Shown piece by piece: positions 54,860 to 64,000 of a stretch of DNA of 64,000 bases. Source of the DNA: Savitreella phatthalungensis (taxonomy: Eukaryota); assembly GCA_051599415.1 (NCBI GenBank), contig AP039692.1, positions 372,001 to 436,000 on the forward strand. The letters are read 5' to 3'. A model generated the notes under the pieces. The model searched no databases. It was not told the origin of the DNA and saw nothing but the letters and a program-made list of their open reading frames with translations. Each line of letters begins with the position of its first letter. The stretch's first letter is position 1. Made by a program: the position numbers and the translations under genes.

Positions 54860-55594
54860 ATGCCGGCTCGTGGACGCTTGGTGAGTAATTGCGATGGACC
54901 GAGAGTATCCTGGGAGCAGGCTCGCTGACAGCCACAGATAGTCGTCGAAGGTCTCGATCGCTCGGGCAAGACAACACAATGCGCAAGGCTCCGGGAGCGC
55001 TTGGCAAACACGCGGGGGACTGGCTGCTTGCTACTCAAGTTCCCTGACAGGACGACCACGATCGGACTGATGATTGATTCATATCTTCGCTCCCAGACAG
55101 AGCTTGATGATCGCGCGATTCATCTGTTATTCAGCGCGAACCGATGGGAGAAGCGCTCGGCTATACTCGACGCGCTAGAGCATGGAACCGATGTCATCCT
55201 GGATCGTTATGTATATTCTGGAGTCGCGTTCAGCACAGTCAAGGGCCTTGATGCTGCGTGGTGCCGGAGTTGCGATCAAGGGCTTCCGAGGCCAGACCTA
55301 ATCATCTTCCTCGACATCGATACCGACTCGGCAGCTAGACGTGGTGGCTATGGAGAAGAACGCTATGAGAAAGCCGCGATTCAATCTCTAGTGAGGGAAG
55401 CCTTCAAAGAGCTTCAAGCTGCGCAGGACGACGTTCAGACGTCTTGGTGCACAATTGATGCTCGTTACTCAGTGGACGAGGTGCAAGAGGCGATCTGGAA
55501 GCAGACCGAGTTGCTTCTGGAGAAGGAAGCCCTTGAGCCAATCGGTAAGATCACATGGACATCGCCTCCCGGCGGCCAGATTGCTTGGCGATGA
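54860..55594 (+). CDS. CDC8: Thymidylate kinase, intron 54881-54937
   Basis: MPARGRL|IVVEGLDRSGKTTQ P-loop, KFPDRTT, HLLFSANRWE, DRYVYSG, RGGYGEERYE. Confidence 0.96.
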
Positions 55595-55604
55595 CCGGCG
55601 ATCT

Positions 55605-56705
55605 TCAATGCTGCCCCGAGGTGCGATCCCTTCGTTCGCCACGATGACTGCCACGCTGGTTGTAACCATAGTTGCCAGAGCCACCGTAGCGATCACTGCC
55701 CCGCAAGCCCTTGCCATGCTGAGGTGGATCAGATCCTTCAGCAGCGAAAGCTCGGTAGGTGGATGGGCCAGTTGTCGTGCTATCGTGCCGACGAGTCGCG
55801 TGTGAAGCAGACTCCGACTGTCCGTGGTTGGCATGGCCTTGACCATTACTGGGGAATCCGAAAAATTGATCGGACGAATGGCTCTTATCATTGTGACCAT
55901 GATTGCCATGACTGCCATGATGGTGTTGGTGATGGTGATGACCGTTGTGATGCTGATTCTGGTGCTGCTGCTGCGACTGCGCAGTACGCGTCTCATGAGA
56001 GACATATTCCATGTGGACATCCTGCTCTAGATCCAGTGCCTTGCGGATGAGGTTGCGAATCTTGAGGTTGAGCGAGCCGTTGCTGGCTGAGCGATTCCAA
56101 ACGCTAAGCACATCTTCAGAAGCCCGCGAACTCATGACAGCGCCGCATATCTCTTCATCCCCGAGCTCAAAAAATTGGTCACCGACTAGAGCGAAAACGA
56201 GATCCTCCCAGATTCGTGCGGACAAGCCTTTCTTGAGCCGAATTTGCCACTTACCGCCGCCAGCATTCATGGGATCCTCGTAAGTCGGCTTGACACCGGC
56301 GCGAAAGAGGTGATAGTCGCTGATGACTGGCAACTCATCAATACGCTTGAGGTGCGTGTAGATTGCGAAGAAATCCTCTACCGATGAAAATGCCCCGACA
56401 CGCTTGGTCACTGCATCATAGTCTTTGATTCGTGAGCCGGGCGAGCGATGCAGCCACCATAAGCACCATGTCGTGCGCAATGGATGTACAGTCTCCTGGA
56501 TTTGTGGCGATGCTAGTGGGGAGCTTGCTGTGGAGGACTGCGGGCGTTGCAGCTGACGAAGTTTTGACAGTGCGGACACGTGTTGAGTCAAGCTAGCAAG
56601 ACTTGTGCTCGGTGCATTGCTGGCAATAGCTGCAGCCTGCCTGCCTGCCGGACTTGCACTGTCGCTCTGCGTCACTTTCGGAGGCCCACGACCCCATGCG
56701 CTCAT
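55605..56705 (-). CDS. Class II eIF4E (4EHP/eIF4E2-like) cap-binding protein with His/Gly/Arg-rich tail
   Basis: HPLRTTWCLWW, SVEDFFAIY, DYHLFRAGVKPTYED, GGKWQIRLKKGLSARIWEDL, VLSVWNR. Confidence 0.9.
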   Translation of the reverse strand: MSAWGRGPPKVTQSDSASPAGRQAAAIASNAPSTSLASLTQHVSALSKLRQLQRPQSSTASSPLASPQIQETVHPLRTTWCLWWLHRSPGSRIKDYDAVTKRVGAFSSVEDFFAIYTHLKRIDELPVISDYHLFRAGVKPTYEDPMNAGGGKWQIRLKKGLSARIWEDLVFALVGDQFFELGDEEICGAVMSSRASEDVLSVWNRSASNGSLNLKIRNLIRKALDLEQDVHMEYVSHETRTAQSQQQHQNQHHNGHHHHQHHHGSHGNHGHNDKSHSSDQFFGFPSNGQGHANHGQSESASHATRRHDSTTTGPSTYRAFAAEGSDPPQHGKGLRGSDRYGGSGNYGYNQRGSHRGERRDRTSGQH

Positions 56706-58459
56706 ACTTATGTCCTAAGCGGTCAGCCTGTAGCCCAAGGCACTGTAAGCTAGCTGACTGCGTGCTTTATGTAGGTTGCTGATCGTAAGGCCGCAAAGTC
56801 TCTTTAAGTCTTCTTTTCAGCGTAGCGTGAGTGAAATACGAAGAGTCTAGAACTGCAGTCGGCCGATGTGCCGATGAAAGAAGTGGTCGAAAGTGTCAGT
56901 CGATTGTTCGGCGCACGCCTTGATGTAATGCTCTCGGGAAGAATGAAATTTTGATGGATGTTGCGCAGAAGCAGATCTCTCTCTCCCTTCAAGCTGGACG
57001 GTGACTACCGTGCAAGCGATTGAGGGAAGCGGTTAAATGTTTTGCGACCGGGAGCAAGCGGACGTACTGAACCACAGCCTGATTTGAAACGTTCCGTTGA
57101 AAGCAGATTTGTATAGAAGGAGATCAGGAAGGTTAGGCAAGCTTGCTGATGTTGCTGCTTCTCCTTGGCTTACGCTTATCCTTTCCTGTGACGCTAATTC
57201 TTGTCTTCAGTCCCTTACTGTGAGCAAACACATATGTATGCGCACTGCGAGTTGTAATTTTTATGGACGGATATATGCCTGTGCCGGAGTACGTACGTAC
57301 GCATACACGCACAGCTATCCAGATGCAGTTCAATGCACGCTTAGTCACTGTCTCTATGAACAACATTCAAGCGTTCGATCGTCTTTATAATTTTCCTTCT
57401 GTTCTTATCGGAAATTAGCCAGATGTACAGTACACTGCGTATATACGGTATACAGACTAGCTGTATATGGTATATATATATGTTGACGTTATATTTGATT
57501 CGTTATACAAATCTAGCTAGGTTGATATTTGAAAATCCAATCAGCCTACATGCCTATATATAGCAGATAATCCATATATCGTGTTAAATTTAGTTTTGTG
57601 TAATTTAGAGCTCTTTCAATGTTTGTCTGCGTGCATTCGACAACTGGCACATATGCTCACTGATGTCCTGACCGCCCATTCGCCCAATCGCACGCGCGCG
57701 CCGCCGCACACAGGCACCGCCGCACCAGACAATCACGCGAGAGACTTGCCGTGCGAACATGCGCTGAGCATCGCACGCAGCTCGGCGGATCGCCATGGAG
57801 ACCGAGCTTGATATCATGCGCAACAGTATTCTACTTTAGCGAATTAATCACATTGCGAGCTTATTTGTTGGGCCTGCAGAGTTCAATGATGTTTCCACGC
57901 AGGTCCTTTTCACGGCGCGCAGAGATCCTCGATTACCCTTGACGTGTCGAACGTGGGTCGGACACACAGAGGCATCTGTCTTCTGTGGTTTGGGCAGGGA
58001 TAAAACCATTGACTCGCGCTTCTACACCAATGTGCTGTTGATGACCAATCCGATGCCACATTTCTATAGTGCTTCGAAAGTCTTCTGTCTAGCGACCATA
58101 GTGCGACTGTTTAAGAAGCTTTTGAGCATGGCGGGGATTGCTACAGCGCTCGAAGAGTTCGACCTGCCTTGTTGAGCTATGATAATGGATCATTCGAGCT
58201 ATTGTATGGGTTCTTTCGAAGCTCCATCCCATCAGTCGCGACTCACGCCCGCCGAACTACGCGGCACTCAAGTTCTACTGACTATTGCTCGTCGTGTGAC
58301 ATGGAACGGATTGTCCTCTCAAATCGTGCGAACCACGAAGTCCATGGAAATAGATCTGGTAGACTAATAGACCCACGAGGCCATCAGTTCTAAGCGGCTC
58401 GTCGGGGCTGCATTTCGATGTGTAAAGAAAGGCAAGTCTGAGACCTGTCCGTGGCCGCT

Positions 58460-60349
58460 TCACGCGCCCGGGCTTGTGACCGTTGCCGATTCTAGTAATT
58501 GCCAAAGGGCCTGCTCATCTTTGAAGCCGTGATGGACAATGGTGACGAGCCAGCGCTGATCAGCCAGAGAACGCAGGAGTCTAGCCGGAGGCGAAGCTAT
58601 TGGGTAAAGCCTTGCCCATTCCTCCCACAGCGCAAAGGCCTCGTTCTTCCATGCCTTGAAAGACTCCTCTTCAATAATGGTAGGCTGAGCGATGTCCTTG
58701 CCCGGGAAAATTCCCCAAGTGACAGCGTTGACCTGGCCCGATGTCATGTTGGTCACGAACTCGCCATCCTTGTTCGCTGCGTAGAAAGAAACCTGTTTTT
58801 CAGCACGCATCAAAGCCTCAAGCGCAGGCCAATCTCTGTGATCGACGAAGAGCTCTACAAAGGATTTTTGATAGATGTAACCATTCGGGGGGCCCCATCC
58901 GAATATAGGATCAACACTTTCGGCACAGTTGACAGCTGGCTGACTGCCGATGGTCCAAAGTCCGCGTCTATTGAGAGCCAGCAATTGATCACGAATGACA
59001 CCGGTCTCTGGGCTCAGTGCTCCACCTGACCATGGCGTGCCCGCAATGTGACCAGATATGTGGTCGACGAAGATGCGTGTTACATCCTCAGCTCGCTCGG
59101 GAGTGCCCCACGCTTGTCGTGCCTTCGCTGGTGCCATATTCAGTGTCACTCCCCAACCGTCGATTTCACCATACGCCGGAGAACGTGAATCACCGAAGCG
59201 ACCGTTCGGAAACTCGTCCCAAGTCGCGTCGCGCCCCTCTTGACCTCGTCCTTCGCTAACAGTCTGGCTATTGATGGAGCCATCCTCAGCGGCATCGGAA
59301 TGACTTTGCTGGAGAATCTGCATGATACCTTTCGGCCCTTTACCGTTCAAAGCGATCGACGAGCGCCGCCGCATTCTTGTAGTCGGAGGGGACGTTTCTC
59401 GGGAAGGTGTCACCCGCAGGCAGCTGTTCCTCAAGATCAAAGCGACCGATCTTTCGAGATTTAATGTACAGAAGTGAGAGCCACGAACTCTGCCACCAGT
59501 CGAGCGGCGCACTTCGTTGATCATCCGTGTAGCGTGATCAACACCAACTTGCTTTACAGCTGCATCGTCATTACGTACGGCCTCTAGCTGCTGCTGAAGT
59601 GCCGCTGGAACTTGCGCATGTGTCAAGCCCGTCATCCGCATAAAGGTCTGGTACGATTGGATTGGCATGATCGCCGGTATTATTGGTATCCGCTCAAACA
59701 GCTCTGGATCGTGCTGCTTGAGTGTTTCGACGAACTGTGTAAATGCATCGACGTCGTAGAACATTTGAGTGAGTATGAAATCAGCGCCTGCGCGAACCTT
59801 CTCCGCCAGAAAGCGGACGTCCCGAGCGATGTCTAAGGCTTCTGGGTGGGATTCATCCGCGTGACCTTCCGGGTAAGCTGCAACACCGATGCAGAACCAA
59901 TCGCCGTGAGTCTTTCGAATGTACTTTACCAGGTCGATTGCATACTTGAAGTCATCGCTCGTGGCGGTCCAATATTCCTGACCGCGGGGTGGATCACCGC
60001 GCAAGGCCATGACGTTGCGAATTCCGGCTTCTTTCGCACGTAAGAGCGTTTGATCAAGAATGCGCCGGTCCATGTTGGTACAGGTGATATGGAGACAGGT
60101 CGTAAGCTGATGTTCGACCTGCAGAGAGACCGCGAGGTCGAGAGACTTCTCGGCTGTGGAACCGCCACTACCCCACGTCACAGCAACGAAGAGAGGGTCA
60201 TACTTGCTCAACCGGTCCACACGCTCATGCAGATTCTCAAGACCAAGTCGTGTTACCGGAGGAAAGAATTCGAAAGAGAAGAATGGCGCATCAGGTGCCA
60301 GAGCCTTGATCTTATCGTTGATTCTGGTTGAAGGTCTTGCTATGACCAT
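58460..60349 (-). CDS. MET12: Methylenetetrahydrofolate reductase, Met12-type paralog
   Basis: FSFEFFPP, CLHITCTN, MALRGDPPRG, VAAYPEGH, LTQMFYD; regulatory-domain GRDATWDEFPNGRFGDSRSPAYGEIDG; NAVTWGIFPG. Confidence 0.88.
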   Translation of the reverse strand: MVIARPSTRINDKIKALAPDAPFFSFEFFPPVTRLGLENLHERVDRLSKYDPLFVAVTWGSGGSTAEKSLDLAVSLQVEHQLTTCLHITCTNMDRRILDQTLLRAKEAGIRNVMALRGDPPRGQEYWTATSDDFKYAIDLVKYIRKTHGDWFCIGVAAYPEGHADESHPEALDIARDVRFLAEKVRAGADFILTQMFYDVDAFTQFVETLKQHDPELFERIPIIPAIMPIQSYQTFMRMTGLTHAQVPAALQQQLEAVRNDDAAVKQVGVDHATRMINEVRRSTGGRVRGSHFCTLNLERSVALILRNSCLRVTPSRETSPPTTRMRRRSSIALNGKGPKGIMQILQQSHSDAAEDGSINSQTVSEGRGQEGRDATWDEFPNGRFGDSRSPAYGEIDGWGVTLNMAPAKARQAWGTPERAEDVTRIFVDHISGHIAGTPWSGGALSPETGVIRDQLLALNRRGLWTIGSQPAVNCAESVDPIFGWGPPNGYIYQKSFVELFVDHRDWPALEALMRAEKQVSFYAANKDGEFVTNMTSGQVNAVTWGIFPGKDIAQPTIIEEESFKAWKNEAFALWEEWARLYPIASPPARLLRSLADQRWLVTIVHHGFKDEQALWQLLESATVTSPGA

Positions 60350-61634
60350 GACTTTAGTAATGGTCGTGCTTGGCTATTGGCTTCGCTCTTCCGAACCAGC
60401 CGGGCAAGAAGAGGGTGAGAGCGTGGTTCTTGCTCAATACAGGCAGTACTTGGGTTCAATCGGAGCTGCAGCCAGATGAGGCTGGAACTACTGCACGATA
60501 GGCAGATGCTCAGCCGGGAACGTGGTGTCAACCGCTTGTTGGTGATTTTTGGGTTTCGATGATGCAGAACAAGCATCCATATGATCGAGATGAGACTGGA
60601 TGCACAGAATGAATTGGTTACTACGAACACAGGCGTGCCCTGTACGTGACCCACGCACCCCAGTGCGTCATCTTGTGTCCGACTGCCAACAGGTTCTAGC
60701 TCTCGATTGTAGCTTTGGGTGGTGCGATGACGTTGTCAAGGGTGTCTACAATTTGTCTGGCTTCAGCTGGCTATGATTTGCAGGTACACGATCGAATGAC
60801 TCTTTTGTACTCGCCCACTGGCTCGTTGGCACTTGCCGCGCAGACAATTTTCCAAGAAGTGCAGTATTCAATCGTCTGTCGCGCTACGACACTGATTGCC
60901 CCCGCAGAGACAGTGCTTACCAGCCTATTGTGCATCGACGGAAGGCTCGGCGAGTTATAGCGCAGACACATCTCATAAGTATGCAAAATCTTCGGCTTAA
61001 TTATGACAGGAATTTCCGACGACTTTGAATTCAGCTAGCTGGGTAAATCCAGAAATCATTTTTGTCGTGTTCGAGCAAACGTCGCGTGCTCATGACCTCT
61101 GTGGAGCACGTGCTAAATAGTTCAAATCAGATACAGTACTTGAGTTTCGAAACTGTTGGTGGAGTTCCCGATTGATGGATCGTCCAGTCTGCAGCAAATG
61201 GCTGAATTCAGAAACGTTCTGATTCTCCCGAATTCCCATGTCGCTACACACGTGCTGCAACGTATTGACAGATTTCTCTTGTTGGCGTATATACTTGTTC
61301 CGCAGCGATTTCAAAGGCTTCTGGATGACCGACTCAGAATCTGCATTCTGAAACTAGTTCTTTGGAGCCAGCCGGAACGGCAACAGTCCAATCAGCGGGT
61401 GAGAGCTCGACCAAGTGTGCGCGACACCTTGCTGAATCGTCACTGGCCTAATCAAAGGGAAGAGTCCTTCCAGTGTCCAGAGATCAGCTCTGTGCTCCTT
61501 GCGTACGCATAGAGGCCTGCAGTCAACCCCCTCACGCTATCAGTTCCATACTTTCGCAGCTCTACGACAACAACACTCGCGCGTAAGAATATCTCACCTG
61601 ATAGATAGACTGAATCGTGCGACCAGATCAGGAG

Positions 61635-62927
61635 ATGGTCAGAGCGTCGCTGGCTAAGCTGATCGCCACAGCTGCCGCCTTTGCGGTGCTGTTGTACGTC
61701 TTCTTCGGTACAGCTTCGAGACCGGTATCATATGACGATATACATCGTTCCGAGGGACGTGGCAGCGGCGGCGATCGTAAGAGCAGCGGCGATGGCACGG
61801 TGGACGGGTCGAATCCATCGCTGCTGTATCAGGCTGGTGAAGGCAAGCCTGTCGTCGACCTCAGCCGAGGTGTACAAGCCTGGCACAAAGACCGATTTAT
61901 CGATGTCGTGACGCCACAACCGCCCAAACGCGAGTTAGAGAAGGCGACACTCGTCATGCTCGTCCGCAACAGTGAGCTCCATGCTGCGCGCTTTGCTATC
62001 CGTGGCATAGAGGATAGATTCAACAGACGATTTGGCTATGATTGGGTCTTCTTTAATGATGAACCATTTACAGAGGAATTCGTGAAATATGTCTCCGGCC
62101 TGACGTCTGGCCAAGCACACTTCGCGGTCATCCCGACAGAGCACTGGTCAATACCTGACCATGTTGATAAGGCGAAGGCTCAGGCAGGGATGGACGCTAT
62201 GAAGAAGGAGGGCGTGATTTACGGCGAAAGCCTCTCCTATCGCCACATGTGCCGCTTCAACTCTGGCTTCTTTTACGAGCACGAGCTCATGAAGAAGTAC
62301 GACTATTACTTCCGCATCGAACCCTTTGTTGAATTCTACTGCGACTTCTACGATGATCCTTTCAAGTTGATGCGGGAACAAGGCAAAAAGTATGGTTGGG
62401 TGATGGCGATGTATGAGTATGAGCGCACGATCCCGACATTGTGGGACGAGTCGAAGCGCTTCTTCCTCAAGAATCCACAATATGTCAGCAAACGCAATAG
62501 TCTGCATTTCATGATCGACGATCCAGAAGAGCCTTATTCGGAAGCTGGATATAATCTTTGCCACTTCTGGTCGAACTTTGAAATTGGTGATCTCAACTGG
62601 CTAAGATCTGATGGCTATAGGGCTTATTTCAAGCACCTCGATGAACAGGGCGGCTTCTTCTACGAGAGATGGGGCGATGCGCCTGTGCACTCCATCGCGG
62701 CCTCCGTGATGCTCGACATGAGTGAAATTCACCATTTCGGAGATGTCGGCTATCGCCACAATCCGTACACACGATGCCCTCCGGAGGAGAGGTTTCATAC
62801 AAGTGGTCAGTGCTCGTGCAATCCGAAAGACAACTTTGACAGCGATGGTTACTCGTGCTGGAATCAGTGGCAAAGAGCGGCTAAACAAGGTGCTCTTGGT
62901 AAATACCAGGCCATTACAGCCACATAA
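61635..62927 (+). CDS. GT15 alpha-1,2-mannosyltransferase (Kre2/Mnt1/Ktr family)
   Basis: N-terminal signal anchor; ATLVMLVRNSEL, EDRFN, SYRHMCRFNSGFF, RIEP, YNLCHFWSNFEI, GGFFYERWGDAPVHS. Confidence 0.95.
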   Translation: MVRASLAKLIATAAAFAVLLYVFFGTASRPVSYDDIHRSEGRGSGGDRKSSGDGTVDGSNPSLLYQAGEGKPVVDLSRGVQAWHKDRFIDVVTPQPPKRELEKATLVMLVRNSELHAARFAIRGIEDRFNRRFGYDWVFFNDEPFTEEFVKYVSGLTSGQAHFAVIPTEHWSIPDHVDKAKAQAGMDAMKKEGVIYGESLSYRHMCRFNSGFFYEHELMKKYDYYFRIEPFVEFYCDFYDDPFKLMREQGKKYGWVMAMYEYERTIPTLWDESKRFFLKNPQYVSKRNSLHFMIDDPEEPYSEAGYNLCHFWSNFEIGDLNWLRSDGYRAYFKHLDEQGGFFYERWGDAPVHSIAASVMLDMSEIHHFGDVGYRHNPYTRCPPEERFHTSGQCSCNPKDNFDSDGYSCWNQWQRAAKQGALGKYQAITAT

Positions 62928-62963
62928 ATTCGCGCGCACGAGCATGCTGGTTGAGAGATGTGT

Positions 62964-64000
62964 TTAGACAAGATCCCCGATATTGACTGGCATCTCGTCG
63001 ATCTGTGTCGAATAATACTGCTCGATGTCACGCAGACCGCGCACGTCTTCGCTCGTGACAAAATTGATTGCCACTCCCTTACGACCGAAGCGGCCACTCC
63101 GCCCAATACGATGAATATAGTTCTCTCGATTCAGCGGCAGATCGTAGTTAATCACAAGGGATATTTGTTGCACATCGATGCCTCTCGCCCAGATATCAGT
63201 CGTGATGAGCACGCGCGAATTTCCCTGGCGGAAATCCTGCATGATGGCCTCCCGTTCGCGTTGCTGCATGTCGCCGTGCATGCTGGCAACGGTAAAATTT
63301 GCTTCCCTCATTTTACGCGTCAGCCAGTCAACTTTGCGTCGTGTGTTACAGAAAATGACAGCCTGCGTGATTGTCAAGTTGTCGTAAAGCTACGGGCGAG
63401 ACAGTCAGCATGTGCAGTTCGACAGGATCGACACAGATCTTACATCGCATAATGTGTCGAATTTCCAATCTTCCTTCTCGACAGCAACAAAATACTGCTT
63501 GAGGCCCTCCAGCGTCAGTTCGTCGCGCTTCACAAGAATACGCAAAGGCTCCGTCATGAACTTGCTAGTCATCTCGAGCACGTCCTGCGGCAAGGTTGCA
63601 GAGACCACAACAACCTGTGTTCCTGTTGGCAGATAACGATACACATCGTAGATCTGCTCTTTGAAGCCCTTGTTCAACAGCTCATCCGCTTCGTCGAGAA
63701 CCAGCATTTTTATTTTCCTTGTGCGCAAGTTTCTCCGACGAATCATATCTGCCACTCGCCCAGGAGTGCCTGAGACGACGTGCTGACCGTGGTCCAATTT
63801 CTTTATGTCCTCACCGATACTTGTGCCACCGATGCAAGCATGGCATTGAACACTCATGTAGTCCCCGAGGGCTAGTATAACGGCCTGACTCTGCGTTGCC
63901 AGTTCACGTGTCGGAGAGAGCACGAGGGCTTGCGTCTCCCGCTCATTTGTAGAGATGGACTGAAGAATAGATATAGAGAAAGTGGCAGTCTTGCCGGTGC
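62964..64000 (-). CDS. FAL1: DEAD-box helicase eIF4A-III/Fal1, 5' end outside window; intron 63390-63443
   Basis: [77 protein letters not shown]. Confidence 0.95.

Noticed and set aside
57570..58400. Possible snoRNA cluster or small gene downstream of MTHFR
   Set aside because: C/D boxes are imperfect, I could not match rRNA-complementary guides, and there is no coherent exon chain
61090..61512. Overlapping 74-aa and 118-aa ORFs between MTHFR and GT15
   Set aside because: Non-ATG starts and no recognisable motifs
1..64000. Alternative genetic code, secondary-metabolite cluster around ERG20, CRISPR or transposons
   Set aside because: CTG encodes a conserved Leu (calcineurin FLGDY); ERG20 neighbours are housekeeping genes; no repeat-spacer arrays or transposase/RT motifs were seen. 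Most short antisense ORFs are shadows of GC-rich CDSs.

Overview
Gene-dense eukaryotic (fungal) chromosomal segment with about 28 protein-coding genes, standard genetic code and few short GT-AG introns (46-57 nt, CTRAC-type branch points close to the 3' AG). The architecture and S. pombe-like gene content suggest an ascomycete, possibly Taphrinomycotina (inference). Genes are mostly conserved housekeeping and regulatory loci: Opi1, Trm61, calcineurin A, a 5-exon two-RRM protein missed by the ORF track, GGCT, PQ-loop transporter, Sgt1, Rrn6, Mzt1-like, SMYD/SET, DNA ligase I paralog, PP2A-B56, Tfc1, Cwc24, Ade6, cysteine synthase, Nrp1, Erg20, Cdc23, Lid2/KDM5, Cdc16, Slx1, dTMP kinase, class II eIF4E, MTHFR, a GT15 mannosyltransferase and eIF4A-III. 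No CRISPR, tRNA, rRNA or recognisable transposon was seen. Best leads: (1) a ~630-nt non-coding, extensively self-complementary region at 37.5-38.2 kb with a telomerase-RNA-like layout; (2) a ~120-nt multibranch fold upstream of TRM61; (3) an eIF4E with both cap-stacking Trp replaced by Tyr; (4) a Mzt1-like microprotein with a ~40-aa insertion; (5) the orphan spliced RRM gene; (6) convergent genes with overlapping stop codons. All calls are from reading the sequence by eye; no searches or folding programs were run.
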